Part shown: in pieces, positions 1 to 9,439 of the stretch
Layout of the letters: every line of letters starts with the position of its first letter
Position numbering within the stretch: the first letter of the stretch is position 1
Virus record (IMG/VR): IMGVR_UViG_3300027973_000070
Location: 1-53,933 of that record
Length of the DNA: 53,933 nt
Source: a virus
Taxonomy: Duplodnaviria > Caudoviricetes
Direction: 5' to 3' (one strand)
Position numbers and translations under genes: made by a program
The notes under the pieces: generated by a model
Databases searched by the model: none
What the model was told of the DNA's origin: nothing
The model's input: the letters and a program-made list of their open reading frames with translations, nothing else

Positions 1-134
1 ATTATTGTGTCATTTTCAAAAATATTTCTTTTGTAAAATTCTCTTTTACCTTTGCTGTCTTTTTTTGCGTTTGATTTTTGTCTTGACTTAACAGCGCACT
101 TTGAACAAGAGTTATTGCAAGAATATCGCGTTTT
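1..134. repeat. Terminal direct repeat, copy 1 (assembly overlap of a circular genome)
   Basis: 1-134 equals 53800-53933 except position 8 (t) vs 53807 (g). Confidence 0.95.
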
Positions 135-443
135 GTTTCCGCAAATTTGACATGACACGCCTTCAAAAAACATAGTTTTTTGGGCTAAAGCAGCTTTTCG
201 AACAAGGTATTCTGGCGTGTCTTTTCTCGTGCGTATGCCTTTTTTAGCCTCATGTGCACAGCATCGTCCAATATGCCCTTGGATGTGAATAGTTGCAGAC
301 ACCTCATAGTCACCATGTTTTGGGCAAGTAACAACAATCTTTGACAACTTATTTTCATAAACCACTTTATCATAGGTGTATCTATTGCCATGAACCTTAG
401 AGGCTTTGGCAATAAATTCTGCTGTTGTTAACCTTGCTACCAT
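1..443 (-). CDS. HNH homing endonuclease, 5' part (continues across the circular junction to 53520; ~240 aa total), with DUF723-like N-terminal domain
   Basis: Hand translation from ATG at 443: MVARLTTAEFIAKASKVHGNRYTYDKVVYENKLSKIVVTCPKHGDYEV...[19 protein letters not shown]..., open to position 1 and in frame with the [10 protein letters not shown]...GLHVPWN part at the window end. Not in the ORF track. Confidence 0.85.
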   Translation of the reverse strand, partial: MVARLTTAEFIAKASKVHGNRYTYDKVVYENKLSKIVVTCPKHGDYEVSATIHIQGHIGRCCAHEAKKGIRTRKDTPEYLVRKAALAQKTMFFEGVSCQICGNKTRYSCNNSCSKCAVKSRQKSNAKKDSKGKREFYKRNIFENDTI

Positions 444-447
444 AAAT

Positions 448-510
448 TTAGGTAATGAAACCGTTGGCGGTTTGATAGTCGGTTTGGGTGATTGTCCAGT
501 TTATGTTCAT
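448..510 (-). pseudogene. 20-codon relic 5' end of the gene at 53231-53536
   Basis: MNINWTITQTDYQTANGFIT* aligns with [22 protein letters not shown]; its ATG overlaps the fibre gene stop (ATGA). Confidence 0.75.
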
Positions 511-2624
511 GTTTTGCTTTCAAGTTGAGCGACACGGGCGCGTAGTGATTGGAGTTCGGCTACAAGGTCGGCAATGACCTCAGAGGTGCTTGCTTGCATG
601 GCTTGGTACACGGGCTTACCATCAGCGTCCACAGCGTCTTTAGTGCCGCTTACGCTGCTTGCATAGACCTCTTGGAATTGGTGCGCCAAGAATCCGCGAG
701 TGCTTGAACCGTTGCTGTTCCATGTGTACTCAACAGGCTGAAGGGCATCAATTCGTGCGCCTTGACCTGTCACAACACCAACAACAGTTTTTAGGCGGTA
801 GTCGGAGGTTACGTTATACAAAACGCCTGTTGTTCCTGTCTGTGTAATAGAGCCAATATCCGCATTTGCATAATAGAAATAAGCATAGGGACTTCCGCTG
901 CTTGCGCCACTTAAATGGCTTGTAACTGTAAATGTGTTGAGGCTGTTTGGATTTACATAAAAACCACCATTTGCATTTACATTTGCGGCACTCGTACCAC
1001 CCACCAGCAAGTTACCGCTGGAGTCGATACGCATCCGTTCTGTGTTGTTGGTGTGAAACCCAAAATAGTTGTTTGTTCTGGTTCCTAAAAATGCGCCGTT
1101 ACTAGCGTCAACAACCAGATTTGCTGCTACGCTACCATCTGAATTTTGAAGTCTAATTGAAGGGTAGGCCGTGCTTGGGTTAGCAGTACCAGAAACAGTA
1201 AATGTTGTAGAGCCAGTTGTGGCCGAATAAGCAGATGGTGTGGTTGTTCCAACCATCAAATTATTACTTGCATCCAGCGTCATTGCTGAGGTGAAGGTAG
1301 CGGCAGCACCAGCACCTGATGTGTTATTTGGGGCTATTGCCCAAGTATGTGCGCCAGCATTTTGCGAGTAATAAGACGCATAACCATTTGTTATGTATTT
1401 GGTAGCATGTCCAACATCTAAAAATAAATTGGCTGATAAAATAACATCATTGGCTGTTGCATTAGCCCAAAAAGCCCCTTGTGCGCCAATTTGAAATGCA
1501 TCGTAAATTGAACTCCAAACCTGTGGTGTAACCCCCAAGCCCAAGTTACCGCTGGAGTCGAGGCGCATACGCTCTGTGCTGTTGGTTCCAAAAGCCATAA
1601 AACTATTTTCATAGTTGTAAATATAAGCCTCTGAACCATTGCAACTTAACTCAAAACCATCTGTTGCGCCAGAGCCAGATGCTGTTGTAGCAAGTTTTAA
1701 TCTTGAAGTTGTTCCGTCAACAATTGCAATACCTTTACCATTGCTAAATGCGGGACTTGTAGTCCCAATACCCAAGTTACCGCTGCTATCCAGCGTCAAG
1801 CTGGTCGCTGGCGCACTGCCGCTGAAGCTGTACGCTGTGCCGCTTGTGCCGCCGCTTAATGTGCCCGTTGCACTCAGCGTCCCGGTGACTGCTAGGCCGG
1901 CGGAGGTATATCGTGCTACCGTATTAACTGTACTACCGTTATAGTAAGAAACATCTAAATTAGGTATGTTAGAACCACCAGATACTAGACTCGCCCAGTA
2001 CCTAGTATTAGCGGCGTTATTTTGGTAAATAGCACTACTATCACTTCTAACTTCCAAATAAGACGTAAGAGTAGCAGACGTAGCACTCAGCGTAGTAAAA
2101 GCACCCGTGGTCGCAGTTGTAGCGCCGACAGTGCCGTTGATGTTGATGCTGGCAGTGCCTGTCAGATTGGTGACTGTGCCGCTGCTGGGTGTGCCAAGTG
2201 CCCCGCCGTTGACGACAGGGGAGCCAGCAGTGCCTACGTTAACCGCCAACGCAGTTGCAATGCCTGTACCCAAGCCGCTTACGCCCGTGGAGATTGGCAA
2301 GCCTGTGGCGTTGGTTAAGGTTGCACTTGCGGGTGTTCCTAAAACGGGAGCAACAAGAGTCAGTGCTGTGCCGTTGGTTGTAGCGCCCGTAATCCCTGCC
2401 AGTACGCCAGCATTGTTGTACTGCACCTGAGTGGTTGAGCCACCCGCAGGGCCAGAAGTTGACCCTGCCAGCAGGGTGACTACGCCTGAACTGTTTTTGA
2501 AGTACAGCTTGCCGTCGTTGGTATTGAGTGCCAACTCACCAGCAACTAGGTTCCCAGCCGACGGGACAGCAGCGCCTGTTGCCGAGTAGTAAAGGGAGAT
2601 TGGGGTGTAGCCGCTTTGTGCCAT
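507..2624 (-). CDS. Tail fibre/spike with C-terminal intramolecular chaperone (peptidase S74-like)
   Basis: GELALNTNDGKLYFK N-terminus, repeated R(L/I)DSSGNL(G/L)(I/V/L)G units, SDYRLK autocleavage motif, C-terminal coiled coil. Confidence 0.85.
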   Translation of the reverse strand: MAQSGYTPISLYYSATGAAVPSAGNLVAGELALNTNDGKLYFKNSSGVVTLLAGSTSGPAGGSTTQVQYNNAGVLAGITGATTNGTALTLVAPVLGTPASATLTNATGLPISTGVSGLGTGIATALAVNVGTAGSPVVNGGALGTPSSGTVTNLTGTASININGTVGATTATTGAFTTLSATSATLTSYLEVRSDSSAIYQNNAANTRYWASLVSGGSNIPNLDVSYYNGSTVNTVARYTSAGLAVTGTLSATGTLSGGTSGTAYSFSGSAPATSLTLDSSGNLGIGTTSPAFSNGKGIAIVDGTTSRLKLATTASGSGATDGFELSCNGSEAYIYNYENSFMAFGTNSTERMRLDSSGNLGLGVTPQVWSSIYDAFQIGAQGAFWANATANDVILSANLFLDVGHATKYITNGYASYYSQNAGAHTWAIAPNNTSGAGAAATFTSAMTLDASNNLMVGTTTPSAYSATTGSTTFTVSGTANPSTAYPSIRLQNSDGSVAANLVVDASNGAFLGTRTNNYFGFHTNNTERMRIDSSGNLLVGGTSAANVNANGGFYVNPNSLNTFTVTSHLSGASSGSPYAYFYYANADIGSITQTGTTGVLYNVTSDYRLKTVVGVVTGQGARIDALQPVEYTWNSNGSSTRGFLAHQFQEVYASSVSGTKDAVDADGKPVYQAMQASTSEVIADLVAELQSLRARVAQLESKT

Positions 2625-2633
2625 GAGAGTTCC

Positions 2634-4523
2634 TTAAAATGTTCCGCCCGAGATGCCAGACCACACTGGTGCGCTGGCTCCTGCCGATGTTAATACCTGC
2701 CCAGCAGTTCCTGCCGCAGTGAACGCAAATGCAGTTCCAGTGCCGTATGCAGAGCCACCCGCAGTTGCCGTTGCCGTGGAATTGGTTCCACCGTTGGCGA
2801 TGGCTAGGGTTCCACCAACCGTCACCGCCCCGGTCGTCGTGGTTGCTGGTGTCAGCCCTGTTGTGCCAAAGTTGATTGAACTCACGCCAGAGCCAGCGCC
2901 TGAGAACTGCGACCAAGTCATGGCGGTGACATTGATTGTGCCGCCTGCGTCACTTGTGCAGACCCAACCTGTGTCGGCAAGAACCGTTCCTGTTTCAATA
3001 AAGACGTAAGCGCCGGGGACTTGCGCCCATGTACTCATGTCAGCCGCTCTTGCCCATGCTGTGGCCGACGCAACATAAATCCCGTTTTCGGCTGGCGCTG
3101 TTTGGTTCTTTACCAAAACACGGTCAGTTGCAACGATTGAGATGCCGTCAATGGTCTGCGCTCCAGACAATGTGATGTTTGCCGTTGTTCCAGCAACCAC
3201 GGAGGCTTTGGTATCCAAGCCCTGTGCGACAGTATCGACATAGTTTTTGTTGGCAATGTCTGTGGCCGCTGACGGGGTTGTGGCAATGGTTCCTGCCGTC
3301 ACCACAAGGCTTGTAATCGTTCCCAAACTCGTCAGCGATGAGGCCGTAACCCCAGATGCCAGTGTTGCACCAGACAGGGTTCCTGCGGGCGCAATGACTG
3401 CTGCCGTAGTGATGCTTGTCGTCAAGCCCTTGGCATTGATGGTGATGACAGGAATTGCGGTGCTAGACCCTGTAGAGCCTGCCGAAGCCACTGTGGCAAG
3501 CGTGGTTGCATTCCCCACCGATGTCACATCACCTGTCAGATTGGCGTTGGTTGTGACGTTGCTTGCGGTGAAAGCGGTGGCAGTTCCCGTGATGTTTGTG
3601 CCAAGCAAGAAACTTGGAGTGCCAAGATTTGGCGTTACCAGCGTTGGGCTGTTGGACAGCACGACATTTGTCGTTCCTGTGCTTGTGGTGACCCCAGTGC
3701 CTCCGTTGGCTACCACCAAGGTTCCTGCCACCGTTACAGAGCCAGTCGTCGAGGTGGATGGAGTCAGGCCAGTTGAGCCAAAAGAGATGGAGTTGACGCC
3801 AGCTCCGCTGACGATGGAACCCCATGCGCCGTTGGCGTAGCCCTCAAAACTGGCCGTTGTGGTGTTGTACCGCAAATTGCCGTCGCTTGATGTTCCGCGC
3901 TGACCTGTCGTGCCGACGGGCAGAATCATGCCGCCCGTGCCGGGAACTACGGGGTTGTTTGAAATTGACACCGTGGGATTGCCACCTACCCCGGTTCCGT
4001 TGGCTACGTCAATTTGGCTGCTTGTCCCCGTTATCGTGGCCGACGTTACCGCCCCGGCGGTTGACAACACGACCAGTCCGTTGAAACTTGCATTTGCAAA
4101 ATTTAGAGCCTGACCGCTTAAAGCGACGGTAGGGTTGCCAGATACGCCAGAACCGTCTGCAATTGACAGCCCATTGCCAGAAACCGCTATAGAACGGCCT
4201 GTAATGGCCGTAGAAGACGTTTTAACCTGTATGCCAGTGCCAGATGCCACCAAGGACGACAAAGCGCCTGTGGTGCTGATATTGAAGAGTCCCTGCGCAC
4301 CGCCGTCGGTCACAGCCAAGCCGTTGGTCGCGCCCACATACCGACTGTTTGCCAGTTGGGGGGTTTGTGAGACCGTCAGGTAGGAATAGGTCTGAACGGG
4401 TGAGCCAGCAAGCGCCGCAGTCGTGGTCTGGACTGTCACCCCATTTTGGACAATAGGAACCGCCTCAGTGCCTGTGATAGCACCAGCAGCGGGAAGTTGG
4501 AGTATGGTGACTTGTGCAGACAT
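2634..4523 (-). CDS. Tail fibre-like structural protein
   Basis: G/T/S-rich; ANKNYVD, DRVLVKNQTAPAENGIY and LRYNTTTASFEGY fibre motifs; internal duplicated FGxTGLTP...ANGGT block. Confidence 0.8.
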   Translation of the reverse strand: MSAQVTILQLPAAGAITGTEAVPIVQNGVTVQTTTAALAGSPVQTYSYLTVSQTPQLANSRYVGATNGLAVTDGGAQGLFNISTTGALSSLVASGTGIQVKTSSTAITGRSIAVSGNGLSIADGSGVSGNPTVALSGQALNFANASFNGLVVLSTAGAVTSATITGTSSQIDVANGTGVGGNPTVSISNNPVVPGTGGMILPVGTTGQRGTSSDGNLRYNTTTASFEGYANGAWGSIVSGAGVNSISFGSTGLTPSTSTTGSVTVAGTLVVANGGTGVTTSTGTTNVVLSNSPTLVTPNLGTPSFLLGTNITGTATAFTASNVTTNANLTGDVTSVGNATTLATVASAGSTGSSTAIPVITINAKGLTTSITTAAVIAPAGTLSGATLASGVTASSLTSLGTITSLVVTAGTIATTPSAATDIANKNYVDTVAQGLDTKASVVAGTTANITLSGAQTIDGISIVATDRVLVKNQTAPAENGIYVASATAWARAADMSTWAQVPGAYVFIETGTVLADTGWVCTSDAGGTINVTAMTWSQFSGAGSGVSSINFGTTGLTPATTTTGAVTVGGTLAIANGGTNSTATATAGGSAYGTGTAFAFTAAGTAGQVLTSAGASAPVWSGISGGTF

Positions 4524-4883
4524 TTATGTACTCGTATTGTCGGGCGGGTTGGGCGCAATTGTGTCCTCGTTGCCCGTCTGTGTTGGCGTCTGGGTGTTCC
4601 CTTGCGTTGAAATCTGGAACTGGCTTGTTCCGCCAGTCATAAGGAAATTGTCGTTTGCCGAAACGCTCACATCAGGGCGTGCAAACCGAAGGTTAATCCT
4701 TTCAGTTTTGCGTGCGGGAAGGCGATAAGGGTCAAGAGTGTCCCAGCATCCTTGACCGCAGACGCGCAGGCCGGGGGAGTTGCCGTCGGGTCTCAAGTCC
4801 ACATAGGCACGCTTCATCTTGCACCTATCGCATACCGCGATGGCAAGTGAAGTCAACCCTTCTGTGTCAATGAAGACTGGCAT
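4524..4883 (-). CDS. Conserved phage protein with CxxC/CxxxC (putative Zn-binding)
   Basis: AVCDRC...VCGQGCWD; tightly packed in the structural operon. Confidence 0.65.
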   Translation of the reverse strand: MPVFIDTEGLTSLAIAVCDRCKMKRAYVDLRPDGNSPGLRVCGQGCWDTLDPYRLPARKTERINLRFARPDVSVSANDNFLMTGGTSQFQISTQGNTQTPTQTGNEDTIAPNPPDNTST

Positions 4884-5953
4884 TATGTTGTATATGGAGA
4901 AATATTCGGGGCGAAGTAAATCGGTGACTTGTCACGCTCCTCCTGCTCTGCTTCGTACAGGTACTTCTCAGCCATCTTCTCCAGATAGCCAATCCTGTCC
5001 ATTGCAACTTGCGGCAGTTCGAGGCTCATGCGGTGAGCCAGCATGAAGACAACAGCCTCGTACCAGCGTTGAGGAATCTGTAGTTCGTTGGTCAAAGCGC
5101 CCACATCCATGATTTGGCTGGAATACCACACGGTCATCTGCACAAATGCATTGCTGGGGGTGGGCCAAAGATAAATCGTTGGGTTTGGAATGGTGCGGTC
5201 GAACCAAAACTGAAAGGGTTGATTTGCCGTGAAGTTCTTGTTGGGCAGGTTGGTGTAGTCGTCGCGGTTCAGGCGCGACATCATCACCTCGGTGCTGTTG
5301 TTTCCGATGTACCACTCACGAAGAGCAAGGGTAGTCCCAGAGGAGGCAAGGATGCGGTAGTAGGCGACGCTTTGACCGGGGTCTATGTCCGTCCACACCC
5401 ATGTGTTGTCTTTGACCGCAACCGCCCCAAGGTTTTGCAAGGTGGAGAACGTCACCCCGTCAGTCGAGTATTGCAGTGAAATATTCCACGTTGCCGACCC
5501 ACCACCAGAGATGTAGGGCAAAAACCCAATAGAGCCTGCATAGATGGGGTTTGTCGTGCCGTAGTTGACCGTGAAACTCCCGTTGGCCGAGGCTTGCTGG
5601 GTGTAGGTGTCGATATTCCCATCGTAGAGGTTTGCAACCGTTCCACCAGCAGAGGAGGTGTATGCCCCGTCAGGACGGTTCAGCGTGCGGTACAGCACGT
5701 TCAGCGTGTCTACAGCGCCATCTGGCAGGGTGTATTGGTACTTGTTGGGGGTCAGGCCAACAACCTCTTTGGTGATGCACCAATACTGGATGCCACGGTT
5801 GATGAGGCTGGAGAGCAAGAACCCAAGCGATTGACGAGCGGAGAGAACTTGCTCGGAAGTCAGTTCTTCAGCCAGCTTGCCGCATCGACGAGCGCCGTGG
5901 TCAATCAGCGTCTGGACGTTGACCGTTTGTCCGTAAGTTTCAGAGTACGCCAT
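4883..5953 (-). CDS. Putative head-to-tail adaptor / tail tubular protein with inserted discoidin-like domain
   Basis: Likely start MAYSETYGQ; YTLPDG, IYLWPTP and QIPQRWYEAVVFMLA motifs; central NLYDGN...LQYSTDG...YYRI segment. Confidence 0.55.
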   Translation of the reverse strand: MAYSETYGQTVNVQTLIDHGARRCGKLAEELTSEQVLSARQSLGFLLSSLINRGIQYWCITKEVVGLTPNKYQYTLPDGAVDTLNVLYRTLNRPDGAYTSSAGGTVANLYDGNIDTYTQQASANGSFTVNYGTTNPIYAGSIGFLPYISGGGSATWNISLQYSTDGVTFSTLQNLGAVAVKDNTWVWTDIDPGQSVAYYRILASSGTTLALREWYIGNNSTEVMMSRLNRDDYTNLPNKNFTANQPFQFWFDRTIPNPTIYLWPTPSNAFVQMTVWYSSQIMDVGALTNELQIPQRWYEAVVFMLAHRMSLELPQVAMDRIGYLEKMAEKYLYEAEQEERDKSPIYFAPNISPYTT

Positions 5954-5954
5954 A

Positions 5955-6203
5955 TCAGCACTTCCATCTTGCAAGAGCCGCTGCCTTGCGGGTAGGCTTG
6001 CCTTTTTCGTCTTTCATCGGCCCCGGCATACCGCTGAATCTGGCGCAAAATGAGTCCTTACGAGCGCCGCCTTGGGGCTGTGGAGCCTTGAGGTTGCTGC
6101 CCGTTGCTGCGTTGTATTTAGCGCGACCCTTGGCAGTCAGACCCGCCCCCTTAGAAACAGGCAACTTTTCACCGCGACCGACTGCAAGGTTGACTTTTTT
6201 CAT
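5955..6203 (-). CDS. Small basic conserved phage protein
   Basis: GLTAKGRAKYN...RKDSFCAR...ALARWKC; abuts neighbours. Confidence 0.7.
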   Translation of the reverse strand: MKKVNLAVGRGEKLPVSKGAGLTAKGRAKYNAATGSNLKAPQPQGGARKDSFCARFSGMPGPMKDEKGKPTRKAAALARWKC

Positions 6204-6478
6204 TTCACTTTGGCGGTTTTTGCCGACTGCTTAAAGTCACCAGCCGTTGGCGCACCCTTGCTGCCCACTCGGCGCATTTTCTCGCCAGAGCCTTCAGAAA
6301 TTCTTTCACGTTTTGCATTGATGTTGTCATACAAGCCGCCCCCTTTGAACTTCTTGCCCTCATCGGCCTTGGCAAATTCTTTGCCGACTTTTTGCGAAAT
6401 GCCAACCTTCTTGGCGAACGCAGGGTTATGTGCGACCGCCTCCATCATGCGATGTTGAGCAGGTGACTTACTTGGCAT
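6200..6478 (-). CDS. Small basic phage protein
   Basis: MPSKSPAQHRMM.., GLYDNINAKR..GEKMR..GAPT; GTGA/ATGA-type overlap with the next gene. Confidence 0.7.
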   Translation of the reverse strand: MPSKSPAQHRMMEAVAHNPAFAKKVGISQKVGKEFAKADEGKKFKGGGLYDNINAKRERISEGSGEKMRRVGSKGAPTAGDFKQSAKTAKVK

Positions 6479-6480
6479 GA

Positions 6481-6900
6481 TTAACCCAATGGATTAACGT
6501 AGTGCTTTTGCATTTCAAGAATGACCGTGTAGGCATCACCAGCAGAGCCATCAAGAGTCGTGAAAGTAATCACACCGTCTTTGCCAGTCCCGGCGTTGTT
6601 CCACAAACCGCCAAAACTTGAGTAATCTTGCGTGTAATTTGTATTGGGCGGGATTATTTCAATGACTACTGGTGTGCTTGCTTTCCAATTCATTTGGACT
6701 TCCAAGCCGTGCGTCATTGCTGTGCATTTCAAAATAGTCACAGCATCACAAGCACCGCCTGCCGCTGAAGCGGTAAGCGCGGATGGGGTAACTTTTGCAA
6801 CGGCAGACTCATTTTCAGTCGTGCTCATGGATGCGTAAAACTTCATAATGGCAATGCGCTCACCATCAAAAAGCGTTTGTGAGGTAGCTGTTATAGCCAT
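6481..6900 (-). CDS. Hypothetical virion-region protein
   Basis: GGAG RBS upstream of MAITATSQ; lies in the structural operon. Confidence 0.65.
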   Translation of the reverse strand: MAITATSQTLFDGERIAIMKFYASMSTTENESAVAKVTPSALTASAAGGACDAVTILKCTAMTHGLEVQMNWKASTPVVIEIIPPNTNYTQDYSSFGGLWNNAGTGKDGVITFTTLDGSAGDAYTVILEMQKHYVNPLG

Positions 6901-6914
6901 AAATATCTCCAATT

Positions 6915-6940
6915 AAAGCAGGGGCCGTAGCCCCCACTTG
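6915..6940 (-). terminator. Hairpin GGGGC-TACG-GCCCC followed by TGCTTTAATT (weak terminator or stabiliser)
   Basis: Intergenic GC stem with UNCG-type loop. Confidence 0.5.
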
Positions 6941-6943
6941 TTT

Positions 6944-7879
6944 TCAACAAGCAACGCCACCACGCTTTTTACCTGCTGGCGTAACCGTTACAGACTCTTT
7001 GGTCTTGGTCACACTATCAGCAGTCTTCTTGGGCATGAAGAAGTCTTTTGCTTTGCCAGCCAGTTCCTTCACCATGCCAAGAGGATTAAATGCATCCTCA
7101 AGGTCACGGCTGTACTTTGGTGCTTTGTCGTAAGCGCCTTTGGTCATATCTTCCCCCTTGTCAGAGGAAGCGCCACCATGATTCATTTTGACCGTGCCGC
7201 CACGTTTAAAAGTGCCAGACAAACGGTCAATACTTACAGGTGCGCTTGGCTTTTTAGCGCCTTGCGGCATCGCGACGGGACGGCCTGAGTTAACAGTTCC
7301 CCCCGTCGCGTAGGCTTTTTTTGAGGATTTACCCCCATGTTTAAAGCCACCAGCATTTCCCATTGTGACGCCGCCCGTTTTGAAACCACCAGCGTTGCCC
7401 ATTGCAACACCACCAGTTTTAAAGCCTCCAGCGTTACCTAGAGCGACACCGCCAGTCTTCAGACCCTTGTGGCCCTTGCTGGCAGGCTTGGACTCGTGAG
7501 ACTTCAGTTCTTTTTCAAGACCCTTCATCTTTGACATCTCGGCCATGTGCGTACCCTTGGACTCACCGCCTTCAGCCTTGCCGCCTTTTTTCATGGGGGG
7601 CATATCGGCGGGAGGAGCCATCATGGGCTTCTTGGGCATCATTGCCCTGCGGCGTGAGGCCATAGAGGGCTTGCCGGGGGCACGGACAGGGGCATTGACA
7701 GCAGGACGGCCTACGAGGGCTGGAGTGCCCATCATCATGTCCATTGACCCGCCGCCCATTGCCATCTTCTTGGTGGCACTACCGCCCTTTTTCATCTTGA
7801 CAGCGCCGCCTTTAGCAAGTTTCAACTCCACTGAAGGCTCCGTGGTCTCCATCTTGACCATTGGTTTAAATTGACCCAT
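6944..7879 (-). CDS. Lys/Met/Gly-rich basic protein with ~12 xxxGG motifs
   Basis: AGGAG RBS before MGQFKPMVK; LAKGG, MKKGG, FKTGG, YATGG, FKRGG and similar motifs. Confidence 0.7.
   Translation of the reverse strand: MGQFKPMVKMETTEPSVELKLAKGGAVKMKKGGSATKKMAMGGGSMDMMMGTPALVGRPAVNAPVRAPGKPSMASRRRAMMPKKPMMAPPADMPPMKKGGKAEGGESKGTHMAEMSKMKGLEKELKSHESKPASKGHKGLKTGGVALGNAGGFKTGGVAMGNAGGFKTGGVTMGNAGGFKHGGKSSKKAYATGGTVNSGRPVAMPQGAKKPSAPVSIDRLSGTFKRGGTVKMNHGGASSDKGEDMTKGAYDKAPKYSRDLEDAFNPLGMVKELAGKAKDFFMPKKTADSVTKTKESVTVTPAGKKRGGVAC
7339..7462 (-). repeat. Three 39-nt tandem coding repeats (FKTGGVxMGNAGG)
   Basis: 13-aa period visible in protein and DNA, with synonymous divergence. Confidence 0.8.
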
Positions 7880-7889
7880 GTCGCTCTCC

Positions 7890-8867
7890 TTATGCTTGAG
7901 TGACGCCAAAAGCGCCAATACGGGTTGCATTCGGGCCTGCCGCAATTGCGGGCAGGGCTATTCCCATCACAAGGCGCTTGATGCCGTCTGCCGCCGAAGA
8001 AGGGAGGTAAGTGCCCCTGACATCACCCGTAGTGGTGGTGGCCGTCAAGGTAGCGGCGGCGGCAAAAGTGCCAGCATCTTCTGCCAAGGTGTTGTTCCAG
8101 CCAGCGCGAGTGATGTACCCGGCATCAGTGATGCGCAGTGGCGCACCCAAGATGTCTGTCGTACCCACCGCAACGGTGACCACGCTTGCGCCAGAAGCAG
8201 TAACACTGGCAATTTGGTAGAAGGCTTTCTTACCACTGACAGTCGTCGATGCCACAGTTCCTGTTGCAATTACCTCGCTCATGGCCTGACCGTAGTAGTC
8301 GTAACCAGAGACAGTAATGTTGACAGAAGTCGGAGTACCAGCGCCTGTGGTGGTAGAAACCGCACGAGGGCAATCAAGCTGCAAGCCTGTTGCTCCACCA
8401 GTAATGGTGGCGGATGTCACACCTGCACCTGCGGCCAGCGTGAGCGTGGTAGCAGTCGTGATGACAGCGGCAACGATGTTGGTCGTCAGTTTTGCCTGTG
8501 GTACAGCGTCCCAGATATAGACTCGACCCAGTGGGCCGACGCCTACGCTCATGGTGGATGGGTTTTGCAACAGTGCATTCCCAGAGCCAATGATGGTGGC
8601 GCTTGCTACAGTTTGTGAAGCACTGACGGTGTAAGTGCCTATGCCGCCTGTACCCGTACCAAATGCCGTGATGTACGTGCCATTGGTGAGCGAGGTTGAA
8701 CTGTCGATGAACATACCCACAGTAATATTGTCACCAGACAGCATGGCGGTGACGGTCAGGGTCGTGGTGGCAATTGAACCAGTGAAGGTTGAAACGGCAG
8801 GGTAGGCGTCCGCACCTTGATAGGTAATGGCGGAGCCTAGAAACAAATCGTCTGAGAATTGGGGCAC
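7890..8867 (-). CDS. Virion structural protein (T/G/A-rich)
   Basis: AAGGAG RBS plus GTG start; downstream of the capsid genes; beta-rich composition. Confidence 0.7.
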   Translation of the reverse strand: MPQFSDDLFLGSAITYQGADAYPAVSTFTGSIATTTLTVTAMLSGDNITVGMFIDSSTSLTNGTYITAFGTGTGGIGTYTVSASQTVASATIIGSGNALLQNPSTMSVGVGPLGRVYIWDAVPQAKLTTNIVAAVITTATTLTLAAGAGVTSATITGGATGLQLDCPRAVSTTTGAGTPTSVNITVSGYDYYGQAMSEVIATGTVASTTVSGKKAFYQIASVTASGASVVTVAVGTTDILGAPLRITDAGYITRAGWNNTLAEDAGTFAAAATLTATTTTGDVRGTYLPSSAADGIKRLVMGIALPAIAAGPNATRIGAFGVTQA

Positions 8868-8901
8868 AATTTTCTCCTTTTGGTCATGAAACCGTTGAGA
8901 G

Positions 8902-9429
8902 TCAAATAATAAAACTAGCTGATTTTTGTTGGTTTATTTTTGCGGGTATTACTTGTAAATTGATTGGAACATGAAGTCCAGATACCTTTTTGCCATGAAG
9001 CGGAAGGACGTGGTCAACGTGCCATTTGAACCCAAACAACTTAGTTCGCATTTGCGCAAGAGAATAAGCCTCTTCAATCAACCAAAAATCGTCGGTCGTT
9101 AACCAACTAGGTGTTCTATTTCGTATTGATGCGCGTCTTTTGGACGCCATGGCGCACACTTTTTGCGGATTTTTCTTTGCATATTCCTGTGCGTAACAGG
9201 TTTTGCAAAGACGTTTAGCAAAGACGTTTGCGTCACATTTCTCTACGCTACATACACCCGTTGCGGGTTCACGAGTTTGCACCTTAGCATCAAATTTTGT
9301 GTGGCGAACCAAACGATTTCGATGCGTAGAGCACAAACCCATGCCCGTGTACTTTGCTGGGAAAGAACAACCCTCCGCAGAACACACAGCGTGTATTCCG
9401 CGTCTAGGTTGGCCTTTTACCCCAGACAC
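8902..9429 (-). CDS. Free-standing HNH endonuclease downstream of the major capsid gene
   Basis: Two CSxxxC...LC zinc-finger-like repeats, [28 protein letters not shown]...N..K; AT-richer than flanks; start uncertain (GTG 9429). Confidence 0.8.
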   Translation of the reverse strand: MSGVKGQPRRGIHAVCSAEGCSFPAKYTGMGLCSTHRNRLVRHTKFDAKVQTREPATGVCSVEKCDANVFAKRLCKTCYAQEYAKKNPQKVCAMASKRRASIRNRTPSWLTTDDFWLIEEAYSLAQMRTKLFGFKWHVDHVLPLHGKKVSGLHVPINLQVIPAKINQQKSASFII

Positions 9430-9439
9430 TGAGGCTACC

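Noticed and set aside
1-134. Biological terminal repeat of the virion DNA
   Set aside because: Falls mid-gene and is read/k-mer sized; more likely an assembly overlap
185-412. 75-aa ORF from the track
   Set aside because: Shadow frame of the real HNH gene starting at 443
444-510. Group I intron around the junction HNH
   Set aside because: No room for a ribozyme core on either side of the ORF, and the downstream gene has its own RBS and start
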